Assembly: GCA_965644315.1 (NCBI GenBank)
Contig: CBFFRQ010000043.1
Location: 708,378 to 772,377, forward strand
Direction of reading: 5' to 3'
DNA: 64,000 nucleotides
Source: Caecitellus pseudoparvulus
Taxonomy: Eukaryota > Protista > Bigyra: Bicosoecida
Program-made: the position numbers and the translations under genes
Notes under the pieces: generated by a model
Database searches by the model: none
The model's input: the letters and a program-made list of their open reading frames with translations, nothing else
Told to the model about the DNA's origin: nothing
Part shown: positions 57,851 to 64,000 of the stretch, one piece after another
How the letters are laid out: each line of letters starts with the position of its first letter
Numbering within the stretch: position 1 is the first letter of the stretch

Positions 57851-58990
57851 CTACCCTGAAAACGCCACTGCGCTGGACTGGCGGCTGTACGAAGCCCCGC
57901 CTCCCTGGGCGGCGTCCGCAGCTGCCTTCTGAGCGAGGACGTCGTTGATCACCCGCGTCGTCTGCTTGAACTTGTACTGCACCATGTACAGCGGCACCTG
58001 TGTCTGCTGGGCCAGCCAAATGAGTCGGGATGGGTGCACTGCACGCAGGCGGCGCTTGCTTCGGCGCCGGGCTTGAGTCATGCGGTACAGCTGCACGGTG
58101 CGAATGGCGTCGTCCAGCTCTGCCATGCTCTGCTTGGGCACGACGGTTTCTCGGGGTGGCGGTGGCGGGATGATGCCAAACTCCTGCTCTTGTGCCCGCT
58201 GAGCAGCCCCTTGCTGCAGCAGCCACTCGTGCCCCAGCAGCTCAGTCGCCGAGGGCCTGTTGGCGGGGTCCAGCTGCAGGGCCTGGTCAAAGAAATCCTG
58301 GGCCAGGGGGCTGAAGATGGAAGGGTCCAGGCGGGGCGGGCCCTGCTCTGTCAGCTTGTCGATGAGGTCGAAGTAGGCGCACTTGCGCCCCAGGGGGAAG
58401 TGCCCCATGGCCACCGTCAGCACCGTCATACCGAAGGACCAGATGTCGCTCAGCTCACAGTACGGCTCGCCCCGGATGCGCTCGGGGGACATGTAGAACA
58501 TCGTGCCGATGTACGTGCGCACCATCTCCTCAGACGCGTTCAGCTCCCGGATGACGCCAAAGTCAGCCAGCTTCACGTGGCCGTAGTGGTTCATGAGCAC
58601 ATTCTCCGGCTTCAAGTCTCGGTGGATGCACTTGTGCGCATGCAAGAACTCCAGCCCCTTCAAGATGCGATAGGAGACGTTGGCCAGGGTGGACTCGCTG
58701 GTGCAGGGGCCCACCGCCGTGAAGTCCTGCAGGCTGCCGGCGTCCATGTACTCCATGACGAAGTTCAGCGTGCCCTCCTTGGTGTCAGTGAAGACGTTGA
58801 AGAAGGACACAAAGAAGGGGCACGGCGCGACCTGCTTCAGGGTGACGTTGGCAGTGACGCCCCCCTCCCCAGCAGCGAGAGCACGGCCGGGGTCGTGCAG
58901 GATGCCCGCTGTGCTGCCCTCCGCGCTCTGGCGCATGTGCTTCATGGGCGTCAAGTTCAGCAGGAGGGCTTTGAACTCCTCCTCCAGCCG
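57851..58990 (-). pseudogene. MAP kinase kinase (STE7/MEK family), 3' portion, interrupted by a transposon
   Basis: VMEYMDAGSL, IHRDLKPEN, VKLADFG, TYIGTMFYMSPERI, SDIWSFG. Homology begins at RLEEEFKAL (alpha-C region) directly against the TIR; subdomains I-II (GxGxxG, VAxK) are absent from the window. Confidence 0.85.
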
Positions 58991-59007
58991 GGCCGTGTCT
59001 CATTGAG
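58991..59007 (+). repeat. Left terminal inverted repeat
   Basis: GGCCGTGTCTCATTGAG. Confidence 0.88.
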
Positions 59008-59309
59008 GCCAGCGGAGGCCTCTGAATCGAGAAAATCTGTGAAACGAGAATGCATTTTTTGAAGTTCACGGAAAAGTGCTGCAGGCAGCATGTTTTGTCA
59101 CCTTGACACTAACAGAGGATGTTAGACTTGAACGGCCGCTCTGTCGTGTGCAACAGAGCGTTGTTTATCGAGCCTATTAGCATGCGGAATTTGCCACTTG
59201 CTGGCAGTGGTTTGTGTACCATGGCGAGCAGTGCAGATATGGATATCAAACTCTACTTTTAAACTATTCACAGTAAGTTGTGAGCATACTCTTGGAATGA
59301 TTTGCTGCC

Positions 59310-61530
59310 ATGTCTGGCCGCAAGCGCCCCCGGAATGCACGCGTTCAGGCAGATGCGCCGACGAGTGGCAAAAGAACCGCAGTTGAAGGCTCGCAAGCGG
59401 ACACACATGCACTGGTCCGACAGTTCCTTCAAGGTAACGCACCGACTTCCCGACTGCGGACGGGCGCGAGGCTCGGGGCAGCAGGACGGGTGTTTGAGCT
59501 GCCTGCAACGCCTCCAGGAAGCGAACTCGCTGCGCAAGAATCACCCGCCATCGCAACGCCTACCAGACCAGTCCGGATTGCTGCCCTTACAGCAAGCATT
59601 GCCAGGAGGATGAAGACAAACGCTAAGGAACAACTGGAAGCTTTCGGTTCGTTTTCATTTCCGCTGTGTGAAACTCCGAAACGCTTCTCGCAAACACGCC
59701 TTCCTGACTCTGCCCGCAGACGAGGTCGTTGACATGAGTGGTGATGAGGGCAAGAGTGACAGTTCAAGTCCTGACTTGGAGAGTGGTGGTGTGTCCTGGA
59801 CAGCTGGCAGCCCTTCCCCACCACGGAGTGCTGCTGGTGCCGTCGGCGCGACACCAGCTGCCACTTCCCCTGCCCGTGCGTTGATGCGTCTCGACTCAGC
59901 GAGCCCAATTCCGTGGGCCTCTACTGATCGAGCTCTGTTGCAAACACCGTCCAAGAATGGGGTGCAGACGCACCCTGACAAGAAGGAGTTCGCCACCTTG
60001 ATGCCGTCGTCGACCTGGGCTGCCTTTGGAAACAAAGCAAGTGCATGGAGAATGTCTGGAGCTATCGTTCGTCTGGGTGTTCGTGAGGGTACCATTGACT
60101 ACTCATCTCTTGGGGGTCGTGTTGTCTCGTCGGGTGAGCCATGCCCGGAAGGCTCTGACAGAAGCCTGTTCCGGACTTTTGCCACACAAGGGAGCAACAA
60201 GATGCGAAGTGGCATTGTGGGCAAGAGCCTAGCTCACAAATTCTTGCCGTTGCTGCTCACTGCCTTCGAGGAGCATGACACGAACATGCTAGGAAGGCCA
60301 TGGCCGGAGCGAGACGACTCAAAGTACATGGTGTTGGTTTCAACACCAGGTAGTGATTCCCAAGAAGCCTTCCTGTCGTGGTCAGGCTTGGTCCTGGTTT
60401 CAAGCCTCCTTCGTGAGGCTCTGGTTCCAGCTTCAGGTACTTGGGCCAGCCTCGAAACGTTGAAGAAACAGGTTGACATCATCAACGGGTCTGAGGGCAG
60501 AAGGACGGGAAGCGGGGGGGCAAGCGAACCCACAGCCCCTAGCCACCCTGGTGCTCCCTCTCTTGATTTAAATGGAAAGAAGTACACACGTTGGGACATC
60601 ACGAAGGTGGGGTGGAGCAGGGCACGAAACGCAAGCGCCGCTGCGCGCTTGCGCTTCCAGCGCCTGCGGTGTAGCGTAACGAACAAGGAAATGTGGTTGC
60701 CTGTGGGACCAACTGATGACTTGCGCTATCCACCCCTGAACGGTGGACTGCTTCCGGGCGAGCTGATGAATTATGCAAGCGTGTGCCAAGGCAAAGCCAG
60801 GCCAAAGGCAACGATGTCTTCAGTGCCTCGCAACATCACCAACGGGATATTTGCAGAGGCTAGATCTGAAGGATCACACACAGTAGCCTCGCTGTTGGCG
60901 AGTGGCAGGCCCGCTGCGTTGCCCACTGAAAGTCCGCGACAGGGCGGAGAGTACCTATCAGGTGCGGGGAGTGGAACGAGCACGGGAAGCCGTGTTGCTG
61001 CTGTTGCAAAAGCAACTGGAGCCCTGGATGGAGGTCGCCTGGGGTCTGGCACGTCACCACCAGCCGCAGGCATGCGTGACATCGTTGCCCGTTTGGCAGA
61101 TTCGCTGGAGAAACGACAGGTTGCTGAAGAGGCAGCACGGGAACGACAAGCACAACAGGACGCCTCACTTCTTCAGTTTTTCCAGCAGTCCTTGCAAGTG
61201 CAGCAGCCCGCACCTTCGCTTTCGGTGCCTGCACCAGGTGCTGCTGCCGCACATAGTGAGCGTGCGGTAGATGCAGCGATATCAGGTGTAATTACAAGAG
61301 TGCAGGGGTGGTTGGACCTAAGCATCATTGACGGTGACCTTAGCATGCAAGAGCAGGTTCAGACTGTTTTGGAGCAGCTGCACAGCGGAAGTGTGCCTCC
61401 AACCTTGCGTGGCATGCCACCGCACCCGCTGTCAGACGCAGACAAGGAGCTGAAGGTCGCACGCGCCCGACTTCAAATGGTTACAGCCCTGAAGAAGCGT
61501 AGTGTTGCTGGGCAACCCATGCAGTCATGA
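59310..61530 (+). CDS. Transposon ORF1 / partner protein, ~715 aa (exons 59310-59646 and 59720-61530)
   Basis: A phase-1 intron 59647-59719 (GTTCGT...CTGAC...CCGCAG) joins the two ORFs in frame (...LEAF-D-EVVDMSG...); N-terminal GRKRPR NLS-like motif; C-terminal coiled coil. Confidence 0.72.
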
Positions 61531-61550
61531 ACATGAGACAACACACTGCA

Positions 61551-63379
61551 TTATTGACTGCCAACAGAGTCACCTTCCCAGTCACTCCCTTCATCACCTT
61601 CGCCGGCAGCCCCAGGCTGTTCAGGTGCTTGCAGGTGCAGAAGGGCTAGCTCTTCAACTCTCTCGCGGCACCACTGGGCAGTGCCCACCATGATGGAGCG
61701 ATACTGAACCCCAGCATACTTGAAGATGGTGTGGGTGGAAGCTGGCCAAGCGCCAGCTCCAGCACTTGCGTCTTCCATCCCATGGCACTCGGCATACTCC
61801 ATGAAGGGGGCTGCGCCTCAAGCAAGTCCTCTACCACCTTTGCCGTTGCTTCTTCCAGCAGGTCACCCCAGACAGTCCCCGGCGCTGTCACATCAAGGGC
61901 ATGCCACACAGATGCCCGCAATGGCAGAGCTCGCAGTACAAAGTTATGCAGTGCTACAGCTACACGTAGACGCAGTGCAACTGCTGCTGGCCCAAGGTTT
62001 CCATTCGCAGTGTTGTTCAAGATGCGGAACCTGTTCTTGAGCTCTCCAAATGCACATTCTACCTTAACTCGAATGTGCAAAAGTGCATCGTGGAAAATTG
62101 TCACCAAATGATTCGGCTGCACCACATCAGTGTCCCGCTGGTCGAACGGAAGAAGTAAGAATGTGTACCCCGGACGAAATCCCGAGTCTGCTGCCAATGT
62201 ATATGGGAGTGGACAAGGACGTAAGCTTGGGTTCCCGACCATTGCCGCAAACATGGGAGACCTTATGAGCTTCCCCCGATCGCTTTCGGCACCAGCATAC
62301 CCAATGTCTGCTTGCCAGAAGAGTCCGTGGCCACTTACCATGCACTGGGCACTAACCGAAGCCACGCCATCCTTGTTTATGTATACGCCCTTTCCACTAT
62401 CTTCACTGATGTAAGCACGCACATGTGTATCATCCACGCTGCCTGCTACGCACGGCAGCTGCATGCCTGACAGGGCAAAGTTCAATCGTACACTCTCCAT
62501 CCACTCCCCAGAATCTGGTGCTGGCATGTACACCTGCTGTTCAAACATGCTGGATGAGATAGACCGCAAGAAAACCTTTAGGATTCGACTGCATGTGGAC
62601 TTCGATGCCCCAGTGAACGCTTCTTGTCCAGCTCTCATGTTGAAACCCTTGCACATATAATGCACTCCAAGGCAACAAGCCTCCAGCCAACTGAAAGTGC
62701 ATCCTTGGCCGCAGAATGATGAGTCCACAGCACCCCACCAGTCTGCCACTGATGGCTGTTGCTGCACCATGGGACGCTCGCATGCCCCAAGGCGACTGCA
62801 GTGCTCGTGCAGACAGTCTTCCCTGTGGCGCCGAAGCTGTCTCTGCCAGGTCCTGTGCTCTTGTGAGTCTGGTTCCTCTGCAGGTTCATCACCTGCAAGC
62901 TCCACAGCGTGGGCCTCTACTTCCACGGGTAGGATCGAATGCATGACCCACCTGTACCAGAGTTTTGGTGCAGAAGATTTCATGAACCACACCGATAGAG
63001 CTAAAATAGTGTTCACACCAACAGAGCACAACTGCTTCATAGTATACTGCAACACCGTATGTGGGGTTGTGCAAACCTCGTGCTCTTCGAGAGGCACTCC
63101 ATGTTGCCGTGCCACCCACGTCCTCACACCGGATGCCAAACCTGCAAGAGGATTGGTGCGGCCACGTGCGCTGGCCCTCACGCCCTCCTCCAGAGCACAG
63201 TCTTCATCGAAGCACGGTAGTGGCACGGCCTGCTCGTGTCCATCTTCATCGGCCATTGCTACCACTGCCAGCAACAGTGCTGCTTCTGTGGCAATAAGTG
63301 CTTGGAGCGCTTGCAACCTACGGACATGCTGCCGCCGGCGCAACAGTAAAAAGGAAACCAGGAATTGCATGCCAGACAT
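61551..63379 (-). CDS. Harbinger/PIF transposase (DDE_Tnp_4 type), probable frameshift near 61806-61810
   Basis: HTH FTGASKSTCSRIL; catalytic triad GSVDDTHV, LAADSGF, RVKVECAFGELKNRFRIL; also YINKDGVASVSAQ, GYAGAESD, ALHNF. The called ORF stops at 61646; an alternative-frame tail ends at 61551. Confidence 0.9.
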
Positions 63380-63983
63380 GGTTGTATGATCTGTGCAAGA
63401 CAATACGGGGAGTCTTTTCTCACAGTGCCTTGTTCGGCCTGTCTCAACCAAGACTCATTTCGATTTCCGCGAAACTCGCCTTGCGGGAAGTGCAAGCCTT
63501 CGAGGTGAAAATTGTGAATTGCAACCCTGGGACGCTGATCGTTTGATCGGTAGTTCGACACTGTGAAAGACACATGGGGGCTGGAGTGCTGGTTGCGCCG
63601 GTGTCGAATGCGGGTTTGTGAGCACCTCGATGACGACGCAGGCCCTCTGTTCGTAATCGACAGACAACTCACCCGAATCGAAAGAGGGTGATCACCAAAA
63701 CGGCCCGATTCCTCGAAATTCGGCCCACACTTCATAAAAATTTGCATTGGATCACGAAAGTGTACGAATACGCGCAAGTAGACTGGAACATAAGACAGCA
63801 GCCTCCTTTTACAAACGTGGGCAAGCAAATTCCGCATCCAGTTTGCATCACAGACCCAACCTTTCAAGCACACTCTGACAAAAATAATGTATGCATTCGT
63901 TATTTTATACTCAGTACATTATCACATACAACTATCGCCAACATGCCCTCCTGACAAGCTCAAAAACGAACCCCTCCTAACCA

Positions 63984-64000
63984 CTCAATGGGACAGGGCC
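63984..64000 (-). repeat. Right terminal inverted repeat (may extend 1 nt past the window)
   Basis: CTCAATGGGACAGGGCC. Confidence 0.85.

Larger units (their letters stand above)
58991..64000. mobile_element. PIF/Harbinger-superfamily DNA transposon, ~5.0 kb, two convergent genes
   Basis: Imperfect TIRs: GGCCGTGTCTCATTGAG (58991-59007) vs reverse complement of 63984-64000 GGCCCTGTCCCATTGAG (15/17 identical); abrupt drop in GC; DDE_Tnp_4-type transposase plus partner ORF. Confidence 0.9.

Noticed and set aside
1-58990. Many long overlapping or antisense ORFs in the track (e.g. 18636-20498 -, 32921-34879 -, 11411-12976 +, 55810-57333 +)
   Set aside because: Shadow frames of real genes, expected in GC-rich DNA with few stop codons; no motifs, and many begin at GTG/TTG.
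63259-63954. ORFs 63259-63873 (-) and 63688-63954 (+) as a third transposon gene
   Set aside because: No motifs, overlap with subterminal sequence and with each other; probably spurious.
58991-64000. Low-GC island as an endogenous virophage/Polinton or retroelement
   Set aside because: No capsid, packaging ATPase, pPolB, RT or integrase motifs; short TIRs and a DDE_Tnp_4-type transposase explain it.
58991-64000. Transposon removed as an intron to restore the kinase, using the GT and AG inside the TIRs
   Set aside because: The obvious GT/AG pair would leave 6+8+3 = 17 extra nt, which is out of frame; no other support is visible.

Overview
Eukaryotic, very gene-dense and GC-rich (roughly two-thirds GC by eye) nuclear DNA with many short GT-AG introns (typical donors GTGCGT/GTGAG, acceptors YGCAG/CCCAG). 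The supplied ORF track therefore fragments most genes and contains many antisense shadow ORFs. Gene content (MAP67-like mitochondrial Ffh M-domain protein, NPSN SNARE, mitochondrial HslV, OSCA-type channel, KIFBP) points to a stramenopile/SAR protist; this is inference. Positions 1-58990 hold about 30 tightly packed host genes, including eIF2alpha, Leo1, REEP/HVA22, SEC11, IBTK-like, HMG-box, mL41, HslV, proteasome beta-6, Rieske, TRF-like Myb, KIFBP, NPSN, ubiquilin, ACAP, PP2C, NOL6/Utp22 and a MAPKK. Positions 58991-64000 are a lower-GC PIF/Harbinger DNA transposon bounded by 17-bp imperfect TIRs. It is inserted inside a MAPKK coding exon and carries a DDE transposase plus a convergent, spliced ~715-aa partner ORF with no obvious canonical Myb/SANT domain. 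Other notable signals: a recurrent AATGCA hexamer just downstream of 18 stop codons (candidate non-canonical polyadenylation signal), a lectin domain inserted into an OSCA/TMEM63-type channel, and small proteins with bacterial-like or stand-alone domains. All family calls are from motif recognition, not database searches; coordinates of spliced genes span first ATG to stop and were assembled by hand.
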